64,000 nucleotides of DNA from positions 62,001 to 126,000 of IMG/VR virus record IMGVR_UViG_3300032116_014939; one strand, written 5' to 3'. The position numbers were made by a program, and so were the translations under genes. Positions 46,523 to 55,510 of the stretch are shown piece by piece (the stretch's first letter is position 1; every line of letters starts with the position of its first letter). The notes beneath the pieces are model-generated. The model did no database searches. It was not told the origin of the DNA and saw only the letters and a program-made list of their open reading frames with translations.

Positions 46523-49500
46523 TTACTTCTTCTGTATTTACGTATTTTATTAAAAATCTATCTAACGCACTTCCACCTCTCTTTAAACCAAAATAGAAGT
46601 GGTTTGGCGCACCTACTAAAAATTGAGGATTAAAGTTTTGTGTCGGTATCGTATCTGTCGGTATATTATTTGAATCAAAGTTTATTAAAGTCCCTCTATA
46701 ATTAGCCGCCAAGTTACCATCCACTTGGAAATATCGACTAGCGTTATTAAATCTATCTAATTTTTGGTACTTATATTGGAAAAATGAGTTATTAAACTCA
46801 CCTGTTGAGTCAGGATAATTTGTAACCCAATTGTTATTTTGTGAACCAAAAATTGTCCCATAGTCCATTGGTTGTCCGTTTTCATTATTCATCTTAATTA
46901 ATTTCCATAAATAAAATGGTACCTCTTGTGTCTTAACAGGAATTTCCGTAAAGTTGTATTGTGGAGGTGTATCAATTGTTGCCTGTGGATTCCATATAGT
47001 TCTTCTTGGTGAGATGTAATCCCTGTCTTGAGTATTTCCAGTCAATAACAAACCAAAGAATGGGAAATTATTTTCATCCCCCAAAATTACAGGTTGATAA
47101 ATAGACGTTAAAGGTTGAGCGTAGTTTGAAACACTAAATGGTGAAATTCCAAACTCAGAATTTACTGATATCATTTGAGCGTAATCGGCATCAACTAAAG
47201 CAGGTACTGTACTACTATTATTATTTTCCCATCGTCTGTTTTTAAAAAATCCTCTTACAGTTGGGTCATCAGTACCTTCATTAACACCCGGAGTTGTCGG
47301 TATTAAAAATTGTAAAAAGTTAGGATTTACTAAACGACTTAAAATAAACAAATTAAGAATTTCAGAAACATTGTTATAACTCGTAGATTTAATTTTAGAA
47401 ACAATGTAACCATCATAATCATCGTTATTAACTAATTCCTGAATAAAGTAAGCCTTTGGCCCTAAATCTAAAATTGTTGTAGGTGATTGTAAAAATTTAT
47501 AATTACCAAAATCAATAGTATTACCAAAAGTTGTATTATTTTTACCGATAAATCCTTCAGTCACCGACCAAGGAGAACTTCTATAATAAAAGTTATTACT
47601 TGTTTCATGGAAATATATTGTATCTCTACAAAAAATACTGTACGGTCTATTATCAGTTCCTGTAAAAACTCTTTTATTATTAAACGGATACGCATATAAT
47701 GTACCATTTATCCACTGATTAGAAAATGAATGTGAAAACACATTAAAACATACCGCATTATTAACTTTAACTCTTTGTGACCATTCAACAATTGACCTTA
47801 TATCGTCAGGAATAGTCGCAATTAATTTTGATACCAAATTATAACATCCTGTACCGTAATTAAAGAATTTTTTATTACTTGAAGTTGGATTCATTAATTC
47901 TTCACAATCAGGTTTTATTGTAGGTACACCATTAATTAACTCATAACATTTTAACATTACCGCCTTTTCACAATCAGCAAGTGAATCCGCAACTTCAGCG
48001 TAAGGTAAAAATTGATTAGTACTGTCATTAATTGAAAATGCCTGTTGTGTTACATTAGTTAATTCTGATTGTTCACCAGTATCATCATATTGGAAAATTG
48101 CAAATGTCGGGTTTTGATGCATAAAATAACTATTACCACCATTGATAGATTCAGATGTTGACGTTGGTAACCTGTCAGTTCTAACTACAATTTTATTTTT
48201 ATTAACAATATTAATGTTTGTAAATATTGAGTATCCATCAGTATTTGAATTGGCAAATGAGTTTGTACTATTGTATGATGGTGAAATAAAACCTTTATTA
48301 GATAAGTAAAACGCTCGACTACAAGGTTCGTTAGAACATGATTCACATGAATCATCATAAAGTCCACTAATTCCAAAATTTAAAAAGTAAAATGATTGAC
48401 CTTCAAAGGTTGAGTAAGGTGAATAATATGCAAATGTTGTATCGGGGAAATTCCATCTATTAAAAGTAATAACCGTTGTAGTAGGTTTTGGTAGTACACA
48501 GTTTCCTTGCCCACTACCAGGACAATCATGACTAACATCAAAATAACCACCCATAAAATTAATGTTCAAGTTATTCCTAACATAACCCGCCGAAAAATCT
48601 AGGTATAACGGATTATAATCATTTGTTGAGAATTGTGGAGGTATTTGACCCGCCGCAGCACTTTGACCAAATGTTGTTCTATCAAATGATGAATAATAAT
48701 TCATCATGTTAGTAGTATAAGGTGAAAATAAATTTTGAGTATATGAAAAAGCGTAACTATCATAAAACACAGTACCACCATATTGGTCAGCATCATTATT
48801 AGTACCCAATTGATTATGCCTCACACAATGATAAGTTGAATATAAATTTGGTTGTAATGGTACATTTAATTTATAATAACCCTCAATATAAAAATTAGGG
48901 TTATTGAAAGTTTGATTTATCGTAGGTAAAGAACCATTACCATTAACATATCCAGCCCCTCCATAAGGTTGGATTTGGAAAAATGGTTCCATATATATTC
49001 TTTGTTTAACTCTTGGTGAATGGACATCAACACCTCTCATTAAAATAACAATTTGATAATCATCAATATTTGTTATCAAATCACTTATACCCTCAATATT
49101 TTGAGGATTATCAAATCTCCTTACTCTTTGTCTATAACAACTAAATGTTTCATCCATAGTTGCCCATTCATAATGAGACATATTATAATTCCAAAAATCA
49201 GCAAATTTTGGAGCGTTATTATTTCCAAGTACGTCTGATGCAATTTGTTTATATTCTCCAATTGTCCAACCTGTTATTACTTGATAGTATTCAATATCTG
49301 ATGGAAATCCTGTCGTTTTAGGTAAACTATCAAATCCTGATATATTATATGTTGTCATCATCTGACCAGCCGTTTGAGGATTTGTCCATCTTATATTAAC
49401 ATGTGATAAATTACTAGTAGTACCAGTCGCATATATCTCTCTTTGTTCTGAAAAATAATTTGGGTCATTAGACATGTCCCTATCTTGGAATGAGACTATT

Positions 49501-52094
49501 TTACCAGTTTCTAATGGAGAAGCTGTCGGGTCAATCAACAATACCGTAAAATTATCCATATGGTATTTTGTTTGAGGATTGTTCAAATCAGGCTCAATTG
49601 ACACTATCATTCTTGTTGAGCCGTAAAACAGATTAAAATTACCAAAATCAGTTTCAATATCAATACCCGTAAAATATCTTCCCTTATTGTTCCAAGAATT
49701 TAAAACTTCAGAGAAAGGTATATTAGTTGAAAAATGGTTGTTTGAAATTTGTTTAATGTCAGTTTCATTATTATTAACCTCAACTTCAACCTCAATGTCT
49801 GAGGTCACAATTGGAAATCTATCATATAAAAAGTATTGATTTGGATTTACATTTCCTGCATAAATCCCTGAAACATAGTCAGATTCAATATTATCACTTT
49901 GATATATACTAAAATCTGTTGAGTCAATTAAAATACTTGTATTTAATAATGTAAATAAATTAGGTTGTCCAATCGCATCAAAATTGGCTCTTTGGTCATC
50001 TAATCGACAATTACATCTTTCACATCCATCTTCAGTATAAAGTAATAATGGTAATCCAAGATTTTTAAAAGGATTACCCGCAAATAAACTAGACACATCT
50101 ATAGGTGTTAAACATGGTCTTTCAGGTCTACCTAATCTTCGTCTTATCCAATTTAATCCAATACATATACCACGTACAACACTCTGTATTAATACGATAA
50201 TACCCGCCAAAATTGGGCCAACAACTAACCATAAAAATCCTAAAATGTGAGCAATAATCATTAAAATCATTGCAATATATCTAAAAATTTCAAAGAATAT
50301 GTTATATACTATATATGTAAAATTAACTCTAAAAAACGCATCATTAGTTGGGAATTTATTATATTCCCCAGTACATTTATCATCTAAAATATTTTTAATA
50401 CCTGTTGTATTCCAAGGTCTCCTTTCCGAAACATATCTATCCATCAACTGACTGACAGTATAAACTTTATTATACTGAAGTTCCATAAATGTGTCTTCAC
50501 AATTTATTGCCGCTGATATATTCGCATAGTCAGTCCAATCTAAACTAAATGCATATGATTGTTCAAGTAAAAATCTATCCTCATCAATTTTCAAAAAGTT
50601 AATAATAGCGTCCGAGCCATTGTCTATCCTATCATAAACAAAATATAAAGATGCAAAATCTTCTGGATATATATTTTGTGAAAGATATTGAGTACCGTTT
50701 GAATAGAATATTTGGAAGTTTTCGACGTTTAATGTATTAGTTAGTCTATACACCTTATTAGTTTCAAATTCATTTAAATATTCTGATAAGTAAACATATT
50801 CCCCATTTTCGTTAGGGGAATTTGATGGGATATTTACAGATACAGGTATTCCTATTTGTTGATTAAAATTACTATCTAAATAAGGGTCGTCTGAATTAGT
50901 CCATCCATATTCTTTAATATTTGGAACTAAGAAATAAGCTCTTTTAGTACTTTCAGAAAGTTCAGGCCCTTGTTCCCATTTTACCTTAAATCTATACTTA
51001 CCTTTTGTCGGTATACCAACTTCAGGATTTTGAGTTATTTGTTGATTACCCTCTTCATCGGTATACACATAGTCAAGATTCATTGGAACCTCTAATAGCC
51101 AAGTTCCATTCTCATCAATTACTTTACCTCCATTTTCTAACTCAACTGTTTCTAATATAGGTAACCCATCACTATCAGTTCTATAACTTTGTCTAATCGC
51201 CAATATTTGTCCTGGCCCTGAAGTTAAGTCACACAAGTCACCCATAGTTTTTGGGATTTTACATTTGTCGTAAACGTTGTTATAACCTAATTTAGTTTCA
51301 TCAACTGTAGAAACCAATGAACCCATAAAAACTGCAGTAGGTGAAATAGTAACTTGAGCTTCAGCAGTTAAGTCAAAGTCAGTTCTTGCAATATAATAAT
51401 CACAAGTTTCTTGTTCACCATAAAATGGTGCAACTTGTACTGTTTTTGATATTGTTACAATTTGTGGTAATTCACTATAATTTTCAGAAAACTTAAACTG
51501 TGCTCCGTTGACTTGTGATTCGGTTGCTCTACCAATTCTAATTAAATCCGCCGGTGTAAATGAAAACTCACCAATATCAGACAAGTCAACTTGCATGAAT
51601 AAAGTGTGTTGTCCGGGTGGTACACCTAAAATCATAAAGTCACCTGAACCATTTGTGGTAACAACAAACTTAAAATACTTGTCGTAAACCTGAATTACTG
51701 ACTTATTAGTTAAAGCATCATTTCTATCAGGAAAAGTCCCAACAGGAATGTGTCCTGTGTAAGAGGGTGTGTAAGGTAATAAATTGTATTTGTAACCATC
51801 TTCATTAACGTCATTAATTGTTCTGTATGGGTATAATGTACTAATTACAGTATCATTGATGTCTGCCTCATCTAAAGCAATAAAAATAGATATTTTAGCG
51901 TTAGGTAGACCAAATCCGTTATTACAGAAAACTCTACCAACAACTACTCCGTAGTCCGCACAAGCTCTAATGTAAGTGTCGTTTGGATTAATTGATAATG
52001 ATAATAATTCAAGTGTATCAAAATTTTGTTCAAGTTTTACCTGAATTACTTTATCAATCCCTAACTCTGTTCTAATTCTATAAGATGAAGACAT
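46515..52094 (-). CDS. Large baseplate-associated protein (1859 aa) with N-terminal carboxypeptidase-regulatory-like domain and an internal hydrophobic segment
   Basis: GVVVGRV...GLPNAKISIF...TTNGSGDFMILGVPPGQHTL; ~55-aa hydrophobic stretch at about aa 590-650; follows the gp6-like gene. Confidence 0.5.
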   Translation of the reverse strand: MSSSYRIRTELGIDKVIQVKLEQNFDTLELLSLSINPNDTYIRACADYGVVVGRVFCNNGFGLPNAKISIFIALDEADINDTVISTLYPYRTINDVNEDGYKYNLLPYTPSYTGHIPVGTFPDRNDALTNKSVIQVYDKYFKFVVTTNGSGDFMILGVPPGQHTLFMQVDLSDIGEFSFTPADLIRIGRATESQVNGAQFKFSENYSELPQIVTISKTVQVAPFYGEQETCDYYIARTDFDLTAEAQVTISPTAVFMGSLVSTVDETKLGYNNVYDKCKIPKTMGDLCDLTSGPGQILAIRQSYRTDSDGLPILETVELENGGKVIDENGTWLLEVPMNLDYVYTDEEGNQQITQNPEVGIPTKGKYRFKVKWEQGPELSESTKRAYFLVPNIKEYGWTNSDDPYLDSNFNQQIGIPVSVNIPSNSPNENGEYVYLSEYLNEFETNKVYRLTNTLNVENFQIFYSNGTQYLSQNIYPEDFASLYFVYDRIDNGSDAIINFLKIDEDRFLLEQSYAFSLDWTDYANISAAINCEDTFMELQYNKVYTVSQLMDRYVSERRPWNTTGIKNILDDKCTGEYNKFPTNDAFFRVNFTYIVYNIFFEIFRYIAMILMIIAHILGFLWLVVGPILAGIIVLIQSVVRGICIGLNWIRRRLGRPERPCLTPIDVSSLFAGNPFKNLGLPLLLYTEDGCERCNCRLDDQRANFDAIGQPNLFTLLNTSILIDSTDFSIYQSDNIESDYVSGIYAGNVNPNQYFLYDRFPIVTSDIEVEVEVNNNETDIKQISNNHFSTNIPFSEVLNSWNNKGRYFTGIDIETDFGNFNLFYGSTRMIVSIEPDLNNPQTKYHMDNFTVLLIDPTASPLETGKIVSFQDRDMSNDPNYFSEQREIYATGTTSNLSHVNIRWTNPQTAGQMMTTYNISGFDSLPKTTGFPSDIEYYQVITGWTIGEYKQIASDVLGNNNAPKFADFWNYNMSHYEWATMDETFSCYRQRVRRFDNPQNIEGISDLITNIDDYQIVILMRGVDVHSPRVKQRIYMEPFFQIQPYGGAGYVNGNGSLPTINQTFNNPNFYIEGYYKLNVPLQPNLYSTYHCVRHNQLGTNNDADQYGGTVFYDSYAFSYTQNLFSPYTTNMMNYYSSFDRTTFGQSAAAGQIPPQFSTNDYNPLYLDFSAGYVRNNLNINFMGGYFDVSHDCPGSGQGNCVLPKPTTTVITFNRWNFPDTTFAYYSPYSTFEGQSFYFLNFGISGLYDDSCESCSNEPCSRAFYLSNKGFISPSYNSTNSFANSNTDGYSIFTNINIVNKNKIVVRTDRLPTSTSESINGGNSYFMHQNPTFAIFQYDDTGEQSELTNVTQQAFSINDSTNQFLPYAEVADSLADCEKAVMLKCYELINGVPTIKPDCEELMNPTSSNKKFFNYGTGCYNLVSKLIATIPDDIRSIVEWSQRVKVNNAVCFNVFSHSFSNQWINGTLYAYPFNNKRVFTGTDNRPYSIFCRDTIYFHETSNNFYYRSSPWSVTEGFIGKNNTTFGNTIDFGNYKFLQSPTTILDLGPKAYFIQELVNNDDYDGYIVSKIKSTSYNNVSEILNLFILSRLVNPNFLQFLIPTTPGVNEGTDDPTVRGFFKNRRWENNNSSTVPALVDADYAQMISVNSEFGISPFSVSNYAQPLTSIYQPVILGDENNFPFFGLLLTGNTQDRDYISPRRTIWNPQATIDTPPQYNFTEIPVKTQEVPFYLWKLIKMNNENGQPMDYGTIFGSQNNNWVTNYPDSTGEFNNSFFQYKYQKLDRFNNASRYFQVDGNLAANYRGTLINFDSNNIPTDTIPTQNFNPQFLVGAPNHFYFGLKRGGSALDRFLIKYVNTEEVIE

Positions 52095-52145
52095 GTGTGT
52101 TTTTTAATAAATAGTTTACACACGATTTTCAAAAAATAAATGATG

Positions 52146-54017
52146 TTAACTGAAATTAACTGTTGTTAGATTTTTAATCGACACTTTAATGTCTTTATCA
52201 GGGAATCTAACATTAAAAATCTGATTTGGTTCAGCGTAAATAGTATCCTCTATAACCTTAATTTCTTTTGTTGTTGTATTAGAATATGATTGAGAAACTT
52301 GTGATGATGAATATAATCCACCAACTCGGTTATAAACATTTATAGATGCAACAGTAATAACACCTTCCTCACTTTGTATTAATGCTCTCAATTGTGATAT
52401 ATAAAGATTTTCACCCATACCTCGATTACTTGGACTCATATAGGTATTAATCTTTGATATAATATTTGAAATTACAACGCCCTGATTTTGTGAACTATTA
52501 AGAACAATAAAAATATCAAATGCTAAATCAATAACTTGAGCCGGAAGAACCTGAATATAATCATTCATCATTCTGTAATTTGACAAATAGGTAGCAATGT
52601 TAGTTTTTAATGTATTAGAAATTGTTTCAGTCAATGCTCCATTTGAATCATAGGATAAAATCTGAACATTTATTTTATTATCGACTTCAGTAATCGCAAC
52701 TTTTGCAGGTGCTCCAAATCTTGAAGGCATTTTTCTAATTATAGCCTCGTAGTCATTAATCGTTACTGCTCTGTTTTGTGCCGCAAAGTTAAATGTGATT
52801 AAATTTCTAATTTCTTCAATACTTGGATAATTTGCCCCTCCAATCGCAGGTAATACATTATTACAAGATAAAGAATTAATTACCGCAGTAACTTTATTTT
52901 GGTCACTACCATATACATTAAAGTTTACAGTTCCAAGTTGAGTAATTGAGCCTGGCCCAAGATTACTCACCAATCCACCTCCAACACGATACTGAACAAA
53001 TAATGTGGAATTACCTTTAAGAGTTGAACCTAAAGAATAGTTATTTTGATATTTTGAAATATCTAAAGGAGTTCCATTAGTGGTAAATTGTCTTAGTAAT
53101 TCATCTGAAGATGTGTTTCCTCCACCAAAAGTTAATTTTAAAAATCCTTGTGGAGTATATTCAGTAATAAACTTTTGATTTGTTTTATAATAACGACCAA
53201 CTTTAACACCTGTTTCATCCTGTGGTTTTGTTGGGTCTTCAATAAAAATACTATCTTGAGCTAAAGCTTCAACTTCAAACCATTTGTTAGTTAAGTTTGT
53301 AGTATCCATAAACTCTTGAGCTGAAGGAATATTGTTGTAATTCGTACCATCTTTTAGAATAACACCTGTTACACCTAATACATTTTTTTCAGGTAAGAAA
53401 AATTCAAAAAATGGTCTTGTTTCAGGAGTATTAATAACTCTTTTGAATACTTTTGTAATACCATTAATAACAACTTCTCTTTTTGTAATTGTATAGTTAA
53501 TTAATATATTGTTAGCATCAAAGTTAGGAATTACAGTTCTATTAACAATCCCTTCACTATTAAAGTCATTACCAAAATCAACATCGTATAAAGTTTCAAA
53601 AGTTTGTCCAGCACCAATCACCTGACTACCTTTAGCTAAAATTCCAAAATAAGCAGAGTCTGGTGGTTGTAATGTACCTGTGCTAGATTGTACTGCCGGA
53701 GCGTCACCAAATGGTGGAACTTGTACTGAGAAATCAACCAATGAAATTGAAGGTCTCATTCCAGGAATTTTTAAACCATAGGTTCGAGCAATATTATAAA
53801 GTGAACTTGGTTGTTGTGCAAATTGTAAAACAGTTTCTTGTAAACTTCTATCAATGTGATAATTTAAGTTATCGGTAACCGCAGCATTTAAATCAAGTAA
53901 AACAGAAAAAACAGATGCATCATTTACGTTTTGAATTAAATCAGGATAATAAGTTCTAACATAGTTTATTAACTCTAATCTAATTGCCTGAAAATCTCTT
54001 GTAGTATATGATATCAT
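52146..54017 (-). CDS. Baseplate wedge subunit (T4 gp6 / baseplate J-like)
   Basis: ISYTTRDFQAIR.ELINY...LNYHID...E..L..A, and GG...SIEEIR...AQNRAVTINDYE. Confidence 0.85.
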   Translation of the reverse strand: MISYTTRDFQAIRLELINYVRTYYPDLIQNVNDASVFSVLLDLNAAVTDNLNYHIDRSLQETVLQFAQQPSSLYNIARTYGLKIPGMRPSISLVDFSVQVPPFGDAPAVQSSTGTLQPPDSAYFGILAKGSQVIGAGQTFETLYDVDFGNDFNSEGIVNRTVIPNFDANNILINYTITKREVVINGITKVFKRVINTPETRPFFEFFLPEKNVLGVTGVILKDGTNYNNIPSAQEFMDTTNLTNKWFEVEALAQDSIFIEDPTKPQDETGVKVGRYYKTNQKFITEYTPQGFLKLTFGGGNTSSDELLRQFTTNGTPLDISKYQNNYSLGSTLKGNSTLFVQYRVGGGLVSNLGPGSITQLGTVNFNVYGSDQNKVTAVINSLSCNNVLPAIGGANYPSIEEIRNLITFNFAAQNRAVTINDYEAIIRKMPSRFGAPAKVAITEVDNKINVQILSYDSNGALTETISNTLKTNIATYLSNYRMMNDYIQVLPAQVIDLAFDIFIVLNSSQNQGVVISNIISKINTYMSPSNRGMGENLYISQLRALIQSEEGVITVASINVYNRVGGLYSSSQVSQSYSNTTTKEIKVIEDTIYAEPNQIFNVRFPDKDIKVSIKNLTTVNFS

Positions 54018-54021
54018 AGTT

Positions 54022-54474
54022 TTATATATTAATAATTACAAACCCCGGTGTATTAAATACATTATTTGTAATATTATAATTTATTCTTACTTTAGCAGTG
54101 TACTCAACTTCAGGAGTGTTAGTAAAATTAAATTCAGTCGCCGACTCATTATTAATTTGTAAAGTATCTTGAGTAGCGACCGCAGGTTCAATTTTAACTG
54201 AAGTAATAGTTAATCCTGGTATGTAAGTCTCAACCGCTTCTTTTATTTCTGTTTCTATTTGGTCAAAAGTAGGACTATCAAGTGGTTCAAAAATAAACTC
54301 ATATAATCTTGTCCCAAAGTTTGGCATAAAGTATCTACTACCCTTTCTTGTAAGTAATAAATGTATTAAACTACTTCTAATTTCTTCTTCACTTGTGTCC
54401 GATAAATCCAAAAATTTACCATTTAATGAATCTTTAAAAGGAAAAGTAATACCGTATGTTACACCATTTGCCAT
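54022..54474 (-). CDS. Baseplate protein gp25-like (sheath initiator)
   Basis: IRSSLIHLLLTRKGSRYFMPNFGTRLYEFIFEP...I..AVETYIP. Confidence 0.9.
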   Translation of the reverse strand: MANGVTYGITFPFKDSLNGKFLDLSDTSEEEIRSSLIHLLLTRKGSRYFMPNFGTRLYEFIFEPLDSPTFDQIETEIKEAVETYIPGLTITSVKIEPAVATQDTLQINNESATEFNFTNTPEVEYTAKVRINYNITNNVFNTPGFVIINI

Positions 54475-54500
54475 ATCAAATAAATACTGAAAAATTAAAT

Positions 54501-54692
54501 TTATATCAAAACAATAATTTTACCCTCAATAGTTTTTGGAGTTTCATTATCATATTCAAATTCTACAAATTCTTGTTTAAGTAGATATTCGTTTATAAAA
54601 TCATTAATAGGGTAATAACTTATACAATCAATTATTGGTTTCCCTTTGGGGGAGTACCTATAATAACCAATTTCATAATCCCATATCGTCAA
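54501..54692 (-). CDS. Small hypothetical protein (about 63 aa, probable TTG start)
   Basis: Fills the gap between the flavoprotein and gp25. The upstream part of the tracked ORF overlaps the flavoprotein gene. Confidence 0.35.
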   Translation of the reverse strand: MTIWDYEIGYYRYSPKGKPIIDCISYYPINDFINEYLLKQEFVEFEYDNETPKTIEGKIIVLI

Positions 54693-55440
54693 TAAATTTT
54701 TTGTGGGATTTTTTGTAAGAAGATTTGCTTTCGTCATAAACATCAGTAGTGTACTGCCAATTCCAATATAGTTTCTTATTAGGTTCAAATCCATAGAACT
54801 CATGTACTTTCATTTGAGTTTTAGTTACATCCTCACCATTCCAGTTCTGACCAACACAGATAAACCCTGTCTCAATACCTTCAACAATATTTTTCTCACC
54901 TAAAGTAGCATGTCTATTCTCAATCCAAGTTAATCTTTCAATTAAATTTTGGTAGAACATATTTGCCTGTCCCCATCTTACAGAACTAAAAAATACTACA
55001 GCGTCTGCTTCAAAAAGTTCTTTAGAAATTTTCCAAAGTTCATCTGTCTTATTATTTAAACTAGCCCAACATCTATGATATCCTGAAGGATTTTTTTTAT
55101 CATCTTTAAGTAAAGATTTTAAAATACCACAACTATTACCTTCTTCCCTTGACACATTCCCTTCACAAGGAAATATTTTTAATTCAGAAACATCAATAAA
55201 AACTGACTTATCACCAAGTTCTTCATTTAAGTACATTGCTAAGATTTTAGATTTAGGAACATCTATATTTTTCTCATCCCAATTATATCTATTTGAACAA
55301 CTTAATAATAAAACTTTCTTTTTCTTTTTTAGAATGTCTAAAGTTTGTTTTAACTTTTTTTCACCCCCCTCTTGAACCATGTTCTCTGAGAGCATCATTT
55401 TTCTTATTTTTTGAATTTCTTCTTGTATGATATTAGACAT
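54673..55440 (-). CDS. Flavodoxin-fold NAD(P)H-dependent FMN reductase / iron-sulfur-flavoprotein-like protein
   Basis: VLLLSCSNR, S.ILA, LKIFPCEG, ELFEADAVVFFSSVRWG, LIERL, GFICVG. Start moved to 55440 because 55494 lies upstream of a terminator. Confidence 0.7.
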   Translation of the reverse strand: MSNIIQEEIQKIRKMMLSENMVQEGGEKKLKQTLDILKKKKKVLLLSCSNRYNWDEKNIDVPKSKILAMYLNEELGDKSVFIDVSELKIFPCEGNVSREEGNSCGILKSLLKDDKKNPSGYHRCWASLNNKTDELWKISKELFEADAVVFFSSVRWGQANMFYQNLIERLTWIENRHATLGEKNIVEGIETGFICVGQNWNGEDVTKTQMKVHEFYGFEPNKKLYWNWQYTTDVYDESKSSYKKSHKKFIDDMGL

Positions 55441-55462
55441 AATAATAAATACCTCTTTAAAT

Positions 55463-55487
55463 AAAAAATCCCGACCTAGCTCGGGAT
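55463..55487 (-). terminator. Rho-independent terminator after nrdA
   Basis: Stem ATCCCGA/TCGGGAT (55468-55474/55481-55487), 6-nt loop, T-run on the minus strand. Confidence 0.7.
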
Positions 55488-55510
55488 AACACATCGGATA
55501 TTGTTAATTA

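Noticed and set aside
55441-55494. Upstream start (MCYPELG...) of the flavoprotein ORF
   Set aside because: This stretch contains the nrdA terminator and the TATTTAT motif; the ATG at 55440 is more plausible.
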